A DNA stretch of 64,000 nt from Chara braunii (Eukaryota; Plantae; Charophyceae): the NCBI GenBank assembly GCA_003427395.1, contig BFEA01000006.1, positions 6,138,580 through 6,202,579 of the forward strand. Reading direction: 5' to 3'. A program made the translations under genes and the position numbers. Below the pieces are notes generated by a model. It saw only the letters and a program-made list of their open reading frames with translations, had not been told where the DNA came from and did not search any database. Below, in pieces: positions 51,928 to 64,000 of the stretch. Every line of letters begins with the position of its first letter. Position 1 is the first letter of the stretch.

Positions 51928-52482
51928 AAGGAAGTACTGAAATGCTGATCTCAGAGAAGTCCATTCCCTCATCTGAGTGAAGACAGGCAACTTAGTCTAG
52001 AAACACGAAGTCCCTTTACTGAAAACTCTCAGTCAGGTAAAGCTGAACTTCTTTATGCCTATCCTCATCTGAATTCCTTGGATGGACAATTTAGTTGGAG
52101 ACACGAAGTCCTTCTGCCGACAACTCTTAATTAGACAGAAGCGAACTCCCTTATGCCCATCATGCTTCTCTCCTTATCATAAGAATAATACTGATTACAT
52201 TTTCTAATGTGCCACAACCATGAGTTCCTCAGATCTTTGACACTGTGTCAATACTCACGAGAACTGTATCTCACAGTCATTTTTCCCACTCTCAGGGACT
52301 TGACACTCATGGTTCGACTGTAGTACTGCATTAAAAATATAATCTCATTAACTTTGTTGTTTGCTGAAACATGAAATTAAGTGACATGCTGAAAATTGAA
52401 ATGCTGAATTGACTATGCAAAAAAAAAACGATCAGAATCTGCTGAACTTTCAGTCTTGCTGTGTCATTGTCTTACTGTACTT

Positions 52483-55400
52483 TTATCTTAGATCTCTGGG
52501 ACTGCTCTCTAACTTGAATGGTTGACTTTTCTTTCCTCTCTTTGAGGTCACTGTAGGGATCAGATTTGAGTCTTTGAAGATAAACTTACGAAGTATCGAC
52601 CCTGACACCATATCATGAACCCTGGATTCATTCATCATTGAATACTCATAAACTTTGCCTTCTGCTTCCCCTGTGATTCTGTAAGGACCAAGCCACTCCA
52701 ATCGCTTAGTCCACTGAGTCTCAAGAGAACTATCGAACAGAAGGACAACATCACAAACTTTCAATTTATCCTTTCTTATATATCTTTTCTTGTTCCATCT
52801 CTCTTGATCTGATAATCTGCTGGATGTCATTCTCTCTGCAGCATCCATCACTGCCTGGTCAACCTCCGATATTTGCCTCATTTAGATCTGAAGGAGTTCC
52901 GAAATCGAATAGTCTCTGTCTTTTTCTTGAGTTGACCACGTTTTGACTATGTTCTCAATGGGCAGTGTAGCATATCGGTCATACCACAGAGTAAACGGAG
53001 CATAGTCATTAGTCCTCTTAACTGTTATGTTGTCAGCATAGACAACAACTCTTGATACTTTTGGCCAGTTACTGAGATTTCCTTCACACCACTTGGCAAA
53101 TGAGTCTTCCAAAGTTCTGTGACTTCTTTCAATAGGTGCATTCGCTTTAGGATGGTAAGTAGTCACATACCGAATTCTGACACCCAATCTGAGAGTGGTT
53201 CTTCTTACAATCTTATTTCTGAACTCTGATCCCCTGTCTGAAACAAACTCTCTGATGAAAGGATACATGAGATAGACTTCTTCTATCCAGTCAGCCACTT
53301 ACTAAGCGGTCTTCCTTTTCAGAGTTTTTGCTTCAATATATATAGAGAAATTATCTCTCATGTTCAGTATATATCTAATTCCGCCCTTGCCTAATGGCAT
53401 GGTGGTGAGATCTAAATGAACTCTGCTGTCCGACTCCATCAAAATTGTAGGAAATAAAGGTTCAATCATTTTTGTAGTAGACCTCTTCTGACATGATACA
53501 CATGATTTACAAAATCTGAAAATCATGTCTCTCATGCCAAGCAAGAAGTAGAGTTTAACAGTCGTAGAGTAGGTTGCCTCAGCAGCCCTGTGGCCACCTG
53601 CAACCCCCTCGTGTAGAACAACAATTATCTCTAACTGTCTCTCTTTACCACAGACCACTCTAAGTGGAGGTAGTCCTCCCTTACCATCCACAAAGAGATG
53701 TCCTCTTTTTAATCTGAATTTCCTCTTTGATTTTTTACAATAATACTCCTTTAGCTGTTCTTTTTCCATCTTCTTACCAATCTCTTGATAACTTTCATCA
53801 TATTCTTCAGAAATGAAAAATATCCCTTCCTCCTTCTTTTCACCTTCTTCTTCTTCCTTTAAACCAAAGTTTTCCCCCATTTCATGAGCAGCCACTGCTG
53901 TTGCGTTAACTTTAGCATACCAATCATTTGGCCCATCCTCTTCTTCTTTCCCAAGAATTGCCTCATAAACATAGGCATTAGGGATCTCTCCCAAACTCTC
54001 TCTCTCTTCAGGGCACAAACTCCGCTTACAGGAGCATGGTGCTTCATAATCCGCATCATCCTTTTCATTTAGAAAATTATCAACATGGGCAGATTCTTCA
54101 ATCGTTCTGTTTACATCTTCTTCTTCTTCTTTTCTCCACTCAATCCGGCTGAGGTCATCTGCCCTGTTTTTCTCAGTAGGAATCTTTTCCAACTTAAAAT
54201 CAAAAGTCCGGATGAAGGCAATCCACCTGCTGACTGTTGGATCTACTTGTTGGTGCTTCTTAATGACACTAATCACAGCAGATGCGTCAGTTCTCAAGAT
54301 GAATCTTCTCCCTAGCACATAGTGCCTGAAGCACCTGAGGCTATGGATGATTGCCAGATGCTCGTTTTTGAATTGGGTATAACCTTTTTCTGTAGAGTTA
54401 AGAGTCGTGCTCTCAAATCTCAGAGGACTCTCTTTCCCATTTTCATCTTTTTGAATGAGGACACCACCCAGAGGAACTGGTCCTCCATCAGCCTTAATGA
54501 TGAAAAACCTTCCTTCCTCATCATCATAAAAAGACACTCCCAGCAATACACCCCCATCTTTTAGTTTCTCCTGTAGAGTTTCTGCAGCGGTTTGTCTTTT
54601 ATCATTCCATGTTAAATTAACCCCTTGCCTTACCATCTCTCTCAGAGGCTTCGCAAGGGTAGCAAAATGAGGAGTAAAAATCCTCGAGAATCCACAGACG
54701 CCCAAGAAACTTCTGACATTTGTCACTCTCTTGAGTGGCAGAAGCCAATTCAGGATTTTGTCTATCTTCTTGGGGACAGGACTCCTACCTTTGGAGAAAC
54801 ATCTGAAACCCAAGATGATTATTTCTGGCTGGAAGATAAGGGACTTTGGTCCACTGGCAGTCAGGTTATAGTTTTGAAGTCTCTCTATGACCATTTTTAC
54901 TCCTTCAGCGTGTTCCCAGATAAATTTTCTGACTCCACATGCGACCAAAGTCTCGTCCCTTACCAGGGGTTCTTTCACAGGATTGTCATCAATATAGGGA
55001 CTGGTTATTTCAAGAGAGATATCCTGCATGACTTGGATCATATCCCTTTGAACCACTGCCACGCCATTAGTCCAACCCCGAGGTACCATGCACATCTGAA
55101 TGAGCCTTCTTGGCGTGTGCATGACAGTCATCGGTTGACTAGTGGGATCAATGGGAAACTGATCATAGCCAGAACATAAATCAACTAAAGAATAAATGTA
55201 TCGACAATCAAAAGATCCAAAGAGGAGATTAGCATTAGGAAGACTACCTGCATCACGTACCGTCACAGAGTTGAGTTTCTGAAAATTTTATATCCATCTC
55301 AATCCACCCCTCGGTTTCCAAAAACAAAACCACCCTTGGTTTCCAGAAACAAAACCAGTGGTTAGCATACGGTCCATCAGCAGGTTTAATAACATTAGAT

Positions 55401-57417
55401 ACAATCTTCTTATCAAGATATTTTACAACCTCTGCTTCTTCTTTCAGATCCCGTCCAAATCTTAACCATCTTGATCATATCCACGTCCAGCCGCCCTCTC
55501 TCTTCATCATTAAAGGAGAATGCACCAGAGAAGTACTGACAGATTTTGAAGACATATTCTTTCTCTTTAGGCAGGATAAACTGATCCGAGTCTATCTTCA
55601 TTGTGTCGAATCTCTCTTTGGTGAACCTACTCTCCAATTTTGCAGATTCCTTTAATGCTTTGATAATTTTCCTCTCCTTTTTCAATGTTTCATCATAATC
55701 CTTTTCTATTAGGACTGCCACCGTTTTTTTTTTCACCCCTTGGGGCTTGTATTTTCTTTTTGACATAGTGACTATTTTCCTAAAAAATGATAAATCGATG
55801 CAAATTTTAATTTCATCTTTCCTCCCTTCGCAGTCTCTACAACTTTCTTAAACGCTTCAATTTGTCCATCTTCATCCTTGAGATTACCAAGGGTCTTTAT
55901 CATTTTTGAAACTCGATTAATATTCACTGAAATTTCTTCTGTAGCTTCTTGCTTGCCTTCTTCTCTTAGTCTCCTAATCCTTTCTATAGACTCTTCTTTT
56001 CTGATTGAATTAACTGATAAACAATGCTTGAAATCATTTTTAGTGCAGATTATAAATGTCTGATCCTGAGAAGTCTCTGGATCTTGTAAGCCGATCCAGG
56101 ATGACCCTTCATGACTGAAAAATTGGACTGCCTCCATTCTATGCAAGAACGGAGTGTCCAAGATACAATCATGGTCCAGTTCTGGCACTGCAAAACCTAG
56201 TAATTCCACTACCATTGTCCCAACTCTGATTGGCAGATTGTCAATAAATCCTGCCACAAAAAGTTCCTTGCAATATTACTCAGTACATTTTGTGCAGGCC
56301 TATCAATAGATAAGTCACATGCCTCCACTGTTCTTCGAGAAAACAGTATCATCTCTGCCCCAGAGTCCATCAAGGCTCGGATTTTCACTTGATTAATATA
56401 AATGGTCAGGTGCCCACATCTCATGGTTGCGAATCTTATCTTGCAACCTGACAGTGACTTGTTCACCTGACTGGGAAAAACTGATCCCAAGTAATTAACT
56501 TTTAATTTCTTCTTCTCAATCAACTTCTTCAGTTCTTCTCTCAGTTTGGGTGCTAGAGTCATTGCTTCCTTGAAGGACAAAATCACTTCTGTCTCTTCCA
56601 GCATTTTAGTAATTACGTTAGAAATTACTGTCCAATCTTTCAAATCACTCTTGAGAATAAATTTTATGTTTCTTCCTTGTTCATTCTTTCTATGGGGAAG
56701 TTATGTTCTGGGTCATCAAGAATATTAATTAGGGATTCCTCAACCTTCCTTCTTTTCTTTTCCTCTATCATCTGAGGCGTCAAGCGTGCTTGAAGGTTTC
56801 TCACTTCACCAAGCACGACACTGGGTTCCATGACGAGTTTTTGAGGTAGGTCTCCATCAAATGACATCATGTTGACCAGAAAGCGAACCATTTCATTAGA
56901 AGGAGATTCTAATAATTCAGAAGGGTTATGAGAAGTAGAATTCTCTATCAATGGAGGCTTACTTGTAGAAGCCTCGTCAGACATATCCTCTGTCAATGTT
57001 AAGGATTCCAAAGACAACTCAGTCGTGCTATAAGGGTCACTTGTTTCCTGTACTAGTTCATTAGGCAACTCTTCAATGAAAAAATGAACTTTCACATTAG
57101 CCTTTCTCTTATTTTTCGCCTTCATCTTTTCATCATGTTTAAGAGCAAGAAGTCTCATACCTCCTGGATGTCTGGGGTCCAACTTGTTCTATGAACTATC
57201 ACAGACATGACCCATTGCATCCTTTTTTGCCCCTCCACTCCTTACATCCTCATCAATAGGCCTGCAATAGGTAGTAGTGTGACCCCCTTCACCACAATAA
57301 TAGCAAACAAAACTCTTCTTAGGACAGTCATCGTACTTCCGTCTTTCTCTGTTTCCTCTGTCACTATTCTTTCTATTTTTTCTGAATATAGAAGAATTTC
57401 CTTTCTTACCATAGCCT

Positions 57418-57448
<31 letters not shown>

Positions 57449-58238
57449 CTTCACTTTCAACTTGCTTCTTTTTTTTGCCATCCATGTCATGGTTTGCGGG
57501 CATTGCAGGTATATATTTAGCTATCACTCTTTGAATAATATTTTCAGCACTCAGATTATTCCCTATTTCATACCATTCATAGTCTCCCAGTCTTTGACCA
57601 ATGTACTGATCCAGTGACCATTTCTTATGAAAAACTGTAGGTAGAGTTCTAACAATTGCAACCATTTCATCCCATCTGAGAGGATAGTGTTGAGCTTGAT
57701 TGAGAATTGTCTGTCTTTCAATGTAAGTAAAATTTGTCGAAAATATATGGCATCTCTAAGCTTTGTCCAAATATGGAATTCTTCTTGCTGTTCGGATGAA
57801 GGTCTGAAGAACAACATTGAAAGTGTCATACTTAGCTCTTCTGATGTTGAGTAAATCCTTGGTTGTAGTTGGAACTGAGTCTTTCTCAAATTCCTTTTTC
57901 ATTCTCTCTTTAACCTCTTCCCATGTAGTGACACATGCCATCAATTCATGAACTGCCAATCTTGAGTCAGTGTGACAGTAAGATAGAAGGTGCTTAAGTC
58001 GTTGTTTATCTGTCCAATCATAACTGAGCCCAAATAATTCATACTCGTCCAGGAAATCTTTTACTTGGGGTCCTCTGAAGCATAAAATTCTCTCATCTGG
58101 CCTCTTTGCTCTTGCGATATCTGATCCTCCTTTAATTGTATCGACCCTCGCGACCAGTTCCCGTATAACCCCAATCAAGGCATTCTCATTGATCCCTGCA
58201 GATGAGCTAGGTTTCGAACGACCAACCATCTTGACCAT
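52483..58238 (-). pseudogene. gag-pol polyprotein, broken by stops and frameshifts
   Basis: gag with CYYCGEGGHTTTYC, protease ALMDSGAE, RT YIDD, RNase H, integrase HHCC and DRGSEF, GPYRI. Confidence 0.95.
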
Positions 58239-58297
58239 AAATTTTTCTTAACGCTTTTCTTTTATTTTCTTACCACCATTAGCCTCCTCTCTTCACT

Positions 58298-61200
58298 TCA
58301 ATCTCTCACTCTTTTCGCTAGGGATACAGGTTCATTTCTCTTTTCCCTTGTTTGCTCCACCCCTTGAGAATTTTGTACATAGAGAGTATAAACAATAATA
58401 AATTGGGTAGTGATCAAAGGCAAAACAATCCTTTTCAGCCTTGCAATGTAATCTTCAATCAATTCTCTTTCATCATCCCTACCCAGTCTTCTATTATACC
58501 CTTTTACAGTACCCCGAATCATAAAATATCGATTCAAGTCTATATTCTCATAATCAAATTGCATTGCTTACAACCCATTGCTGATTCTTCTGGCGAGAGA
58601 GACTCGTTCCCTGGAAGTGTGGTATGATATTCTCTCAACAATTCTCACTTTCACCACCTTTAACAAATAGCTTATCTCAGTCTGATCAGTGACAATTCTC
58701 TGGGCAAAATCTCTCATTCGATCAAAGAAAGGTTGTAAGAACTCAAACTCATCCAGGGTAGAAAGATTCCTGTCAGAGATCCGAAGAGTTTCATCTATCT
58801 TGATTATTTTTCCTTCTAATACAACCCAAAATGTTAACTGTTCAACCAAGCTGAACATTTTTAACCATCATAGGAAACATCTGAAAGATAGATCTCAGGT
58901 TGGACATAATCAGGGATTTCGAACCTATGCTCAAAGGTACTCAGAAGCAGGGATTTTATCATCACCGTAAAATCTTTCTCCCTTGCTCTACCAATCTCAG
59001 CAATAGCCTCCAACAGAGGCATCCAATCTCTTTTGTCTTCAAATCCCTCTACAATTGAGAACTCAGGGAGCCTTTCAAATTCCCTTACTCCCGCTCACCA
59101 CGTTACTTTCCTTCTTAGCTTCTCTAGCCATTCTTTTGTCCGCTCAGGACTGACATAAACCCCTTTTAAATATTCCAAGTAGCCAACTTCCTCCTCTAGA
59201 CAGGTAGAGGAATAAACCCTCACATCCAAATTGTCAGAGTTCAGGAATTTAACTACAAGGATATGAAATATTGTATGTCCTCTTCCACAAGTCTCATGCC
59301 TCAGGATTACAAAGGGATTATCATGCCCTGCCACCTCATAAAGTTTGCTCCTCATAGTAGTTATCTTGAGTACTGAGAGTATTCTTATTGGGATCTCTTC
59401 ACTCTCCATGCAAAATTTATCATTGCAAACCAATTATCTCTCGATGGATTGATATCAGGTAAGGGAGGAGCTGAAAATCCCTCAAAGACAGTAAATCGAG
59501 TAGATCCAGTGAATCATCTGTTCTCTCTCTTGAGTCTCTCTTTCTCTCTCAATACAACCTCTTCAGCAAATCCCCAGCATCTACCATACACTGCATCAAC
59601 ACTTCTTTCTTTTGGGACATAAATCCTCACATCATACACGTCCAGGTCTATGAAGTGAAATGTCAGTACATAAAACCGTTCCTGCTCCCATCCGCTCTCG
59701 ACCATCTCATATCTGACAGCCTCATAAGGAAACACCTCTTTCTTACCCAGCGTATTCAAGGATTTTAGAAGACACTCAACCCTCTCTTGACTTGGTCCCG
59801 AACTTCTGCCAAATTCCGACCTTCTCTGTCTGATTTCCTCTGCTGAAATCCCTTTAGTTCTCATGTTCACCAATCCTTTTCTCCCACGTCAGTTCCATGA
59901 TGATTATTGGCAACCAGTCAGTCCCATCACAATAGTTGTTAGGTATAGGAGGGATCGGAACAGTCTCATACGTTACTGGCATTACACCCAATTTCACTCT
60001 TTTTTTTTGCTTGATTAGGTCCGCTTCTCATCATAGAGAGATTGGATCGCAATTTCCCATAGCCAGTTTAAGGTTTCACCTTCGTCGCAGTCTTCCTTAT
60101 TGACATAAGGACGGATATCATAAATATCTCCATCCAAGAAGCGAGTCAACACTACGCTGATGGCCGAATTGCCAAAACGGTAGACCCAACAATGCTCATA
60201 CTGATAAAGGAATATTCCTTTGATTGTTACTTTCGAGAGTTCTCTCAATGCATCAGAAGTTAGCATTCTTGATGAAGTCTCTGAGCTTTTGATTCTTTCT
60301 TTCCCTTCTCATTGTTTCAAGAACATCATAGGTTCATAAGGCATACCTGAGATCAAGCCTGATTCTCTCCAATAACAATATCAATCTCCTTGTCCGGTCC
60401 AGTGCGGTACCTCACACAGGGAAGACAGAACCCAGTTAGCAATTGGGTTTTTCAAAAGAATAATGACTCAAGAAAGTTTGCGAAATTGATTTGAATTTTT
60501 CTAAAATTGTCAATAGTTCTCAAGGCCTAATCAAAGCTTAAAGTTGCTTGTTGACCCAGGCTCGTTCCGGACATGAAAATTTTTCATGTCCACGGGAACG
60601 GCGCCATTTTTGTCGCACTTTTTCCAGTCGGGCCACTCCAGGCGACCGGAATGTCAATAGGCTGTCACACAGGATTTCGTTGTTGATTGCAATAAATAAA
60701 ATAAATTAAATAATGCAAATCCCTTTCTGTTGTGTGCGTCCGGTTTCGAGCGAGACCCTTCAATTTCGGTATTTGTCGGTCCCCGGTCTTAGGAATCTTT
60801 TATTTTGATTCGGAACAGCAGAGAATCATGCAAATAGTAATCATAAAATTGTGGAGCGCTATGCATGCATCAATTATGTCAATCTGACTTTGAGAACTGT
60901 GACAGAATCATCCACAAGAGCAATCATCAGACAAAAACAATGCAAGAAGCAAGGCCGACTAACTCGAGTAATGACAAAGTCAAATGAATGAGGGAAGAAT
61001 GAGAACTCATAAATGGTCCCAGAGAGTACACATGTTAAGAGCATGACCAACACCAATCAAGAGTCCTCACTCGTCCCTCTGAACCTTACACTTAATCTCT
61101 CATTTTGTTGTCCGTCGTTTGGGCTTCTTGCCATGCCTCTGTACTCTCTGAGGTTGTGGTTTCTAAATGTAAAGCGACCTGAACCCTGCTAGTTCCAAAA

Positions 61201-61753
61201 ACTTTCATCCATGTCCCATGATACGGAAGCCAACCATGACACATAACTCCTCCCACAACGTAGGAAGATATGGCTGAGAAAAGATCCCCCTTCTGAGATG
61301 TGGGAACTCGGAGGGCTCAGTCACTGCCTCGTATTCGATCGCTGCAGGCGATATGTGTCTCTTTGCCAAGTCCACAAGGTCTCCCCAGTAAGAGCCGTCA
61401 GTAAGATGGTAGGGGACCGGAGGCCTGGGGTAGTCTGTAAAGAGCTTAGGGCAAAAGCTGTAGACCAACTTTGAGCCCCCTTGGAGTCTCTCAGCTTTCC
61501 ATTGTACGAACTTAGTTGTTGCCACCCAAACTGCGTCAAAGTGCGGATGTGTCTCATTTCCTTTCTTCAGATATACCCGCAGGTCCTTGATTGCTCCTCC
61601 TGCAAATTCTGTGAGAGCGACGAAGATTGACAGGTCTTCGCGTGTGAAACTGTCAATCTTGGCATAATTGTATGGAAAACTCTCCTTTGAAGCTACTCGA
61701 TTGAGACTGTCAAGGATAGGTTGTTCGACTGAGAAGGGATTGATCTCTTTCAT
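58298..61753 (-). pseudogene. Extra ORF region upstream of gag with four copies of an unknown domain
   Basis: ORFs 61205-61753, 60015-60266, 59514-59873, 59095-59433 align on F(P/L)Y...V.L..F.....D(L/I/V)R.Y. Confidence 0.7.
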
Positions 61754-61879
61754 ATGTTCAGGTAAATAGTTACTCCCCGATAGGGGGAAAAGAGACTGTG
61801 CTTGATTGACAGGCGTCCGCTGCTAGAATGCCTTTTGAATGTTGTGCTGAATGCTGTTCTGAATGCAGTTATGAAGATT

Positions 61880-62035
61880 GCCTGAAAGTTGTCTGAATGT
61901 TATTTAAAAACTGCCTGAAAAGTTGTCTGAATGTTATCTGAAAATCGCCTGAAAAGTTGTCTGAATGTTATCTGAAAATCGCATGAAAAGTTGTTTGAAT
62001 GTTATCTGAAAATCGCCTGAAAAGTTGTCTGAATG
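61880..62035. repeat. 33-34-bp tandem repeat, ~4.5 copies, in the Gypsy 5' region
   Basis: Unit GCCTGAAAAGTTGTCTGAATGTTATCTGAAAATC. Confidence 0.93.
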
Positions 62036-63855
62036 TGCGCTGGTACATTGAGTCACAGAGTCGTGGAATCACATATGATACTGCTGCAAAAGAAGGCTGC
62101 AATCTGTTATTGTTCAATTACCAGTAGGTTTTCCGGTGGTGGTTTGAGCACTACTGGCTCACACGAGCTTGGCTCTGGCCTGTTCAACTGTCTCAAAAAT
62201 CGAGCCGGTACTGTGCATTCTGTCGTCATGTCCGTAAAAATAGATTACATACTCGATGTACTTTCTCTCTCCCGCGGTTCTGACTGCAAATTCCTTCTGT
62301 ATTAGTTTGTATGTCTCCATATCTTTGCATGCATCTTCCTTCCATCCCTCTCTCTTATCCCTGTTTAGTTTGCTTTTCACTACTAGTACCTCGCTGTCTC
62401 TCATGGTTCCCAATTTGGGTTGGTTAGAGTGCCTTGCTTGCTCTTTCAGTCAAAAGGTTGACATCGGGCTCACCATTAGAGGTTCAGTCTACAACGATAC
62501 CATTAACATCAGTCTGCAGTGACCGACTCCCTGTTTCTGCTTTTGTATCGAAAAATGCTCCGTTCGTCTGACGGGTCGTGGCCCGAAACAGAACTGACTC
62601 AGGGAGAAGCAGTTTCCTTAGGGTCTAGTAAAACTTTTGCCCTTGACTGTTTGGCTTGCCCTGACGGGTAGAGTTGATGAATGGGAGTTGAACTCACGCC
62701 TCTGAGTGACTGAACCCAATGGATGACCATTCACCACCAAGGCCTGTCATGTTTCTTTTCTACGGAAAGTTGGTGTATTAACTGTAGGGCTTACCGGCCC
62801 CAACAATATGATGATTGAATCTGAGTGGAGCTGCCCTCACGATTCTCTTCAGTTGTCTGACTTGCAACTGGTCTTTGGATTAGCCAATCAGTGCAGAGGA
62901 ATGAATATGCCCTGCTTTTGATACTTCTTAATTGGGTTGTTTCTAGATTTGTCCCTAGCCGCAACGCGTCTCTACCTGGTCTCCCGCCCACCGAGCGTAC
63001 TTCCCATGGGTAATGACTCGTGGCGAGTCACTGCTCAGGCTGAGTGGCCGTAAAAAGAGATCCACGCTCAGCGCGAGAGTTCAGAGCATGAACAACGCGA
63101 CCATGATTTGCTTTTCAAGCGCATAGGCCGTATCTGAGTATACTGAACTAGCCTTGGTTGTTAACTGTTATACATCAAACCAATTCCCATAGTACAGGGA
63201 GCTTGTATGTACCCAGCCTAACGAAACACAATGAGGTCTTAGAGCAGCATTCAGTCCACGAGAGTCACTAAAATCGATTGCAGAAGTCTCTTAGCGACGG
63301 ATCTGTAATCAGGGTATCCAGGTCTGATAAACGGCTTTTCTGATAAAACTTTGGAGGACCCTTTCCAATACCAATTTCTCGACAAGTTACTCATCCTTAG
63401 CTTTTCCCCAGTACGACCGAAGTCCCCCCCCTTACGTACTATGCCCAAAGCATTCTCAGTCCTCTTGCTTATGGTCGTTATATGCACTAACCACTTATGA
63501 GAGCAATGCTCATGGACAACACACAAAACATATATCTGAGTAGTTGATGATTAATCACCGTCGAGCAGATATTTAGCCAACATGTAAGCGATACCCTCTA
63601 GGATTGAACGCTTTCGCCTCATCAATTGTTTGCTGAAGAGAACAGATTAATCCCAACTTTGTCAAATTCCCATGGCTGCCTTACCTGCTTCCCTTATCCC
63701 CCCATCGGTGATCAAATCCGCCCAGCCAATTTGAATTCTAGGACCAGGCGATTTTGGCTCTGACAAACAGGAGCACTGGGTAGGACATTGTCAATAAAAT
63801 GAGAACAAGAGAAAACGAAAACAAGGTAAAGCCAATTTTTTAACCGAGCGGCCCG

Positions 63856-64000
63856 TGGCTTTAGTCGATGGTGACTGGTTGCTACCATTATAGTTTCCAA
63901 CCAGTGGTTGAGTCCTTCTGTTCAATGACGAATCAATTTCTCGAAGGCCGTCTCGATAGCTCTCTGTTGGTCCTCACAGTTGAAGACTGACTTCTAGGGA
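63856..64000 (-). repeat. 3' end of the 5' LTR (partial)
   Basis: Matches 46011-46175 except 3 substitutions and a 20-bp duplication in the left copy. Confidence 0.92.

Larger units (their letters stand above)
46011..64000 (-). mobile_element. Giant Ty3/Gypsy LTR retrotransposon, probably in PMK intron 2 (runs off the window)
   Basis: LTR end duplicated at 46011-46175 and 63856-64000; gag-PR-RT-RH-INT order on the minus strand; PPT before the 3' LTR. Confidence 0.93.

Overview
Eukaryotic, transposon-dense window. The repeat content, intron sizes, mevalonate-pathway gene and plastid insert suggest a large-genome streptophyte, possibly a Chara-like alga (inference). The only host gene I recognise is the 5' end of a phosphomevalonate kinase (exon 1 43806-43822, exon 2 45685-45835, + strand). 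Its intron 1 holds a fold-back element containing a complete type III hammerhead ribozyme. Downstream of exon 2, probably in intron 2, lies a giant (>18 kb, about 21 kb if complete) minus-strand Ty3/Gypsy element with a ~3.25 kb LTR, a decayed gag-pol, four copies of an unknown protein domain upstream of gag, and an antisense ORF. The rest of the window is nested elements: further Gypsy remnants, three L1/Tx1-type LINEs (one headed by tandem tRNA-derived monomers and hit twice by a TTAA-duplicating MITE), a hAT-like MITE, a possible CACTA derivative, a 429-bp palindrome next to a psaC plastid insertion, mini- and microsatellites and a 540-N gap. The most unusual signal is three separate arrays of short stem-loops in retroelement non-coding regions (1655-2505, 7741-8790, 51119-51927). 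In the first two the loop is conserved while stems co-vary and spacers are unrelated; the third is smaller and more sequence-similar. All analysis was by eye; no searches or folding programs were run.
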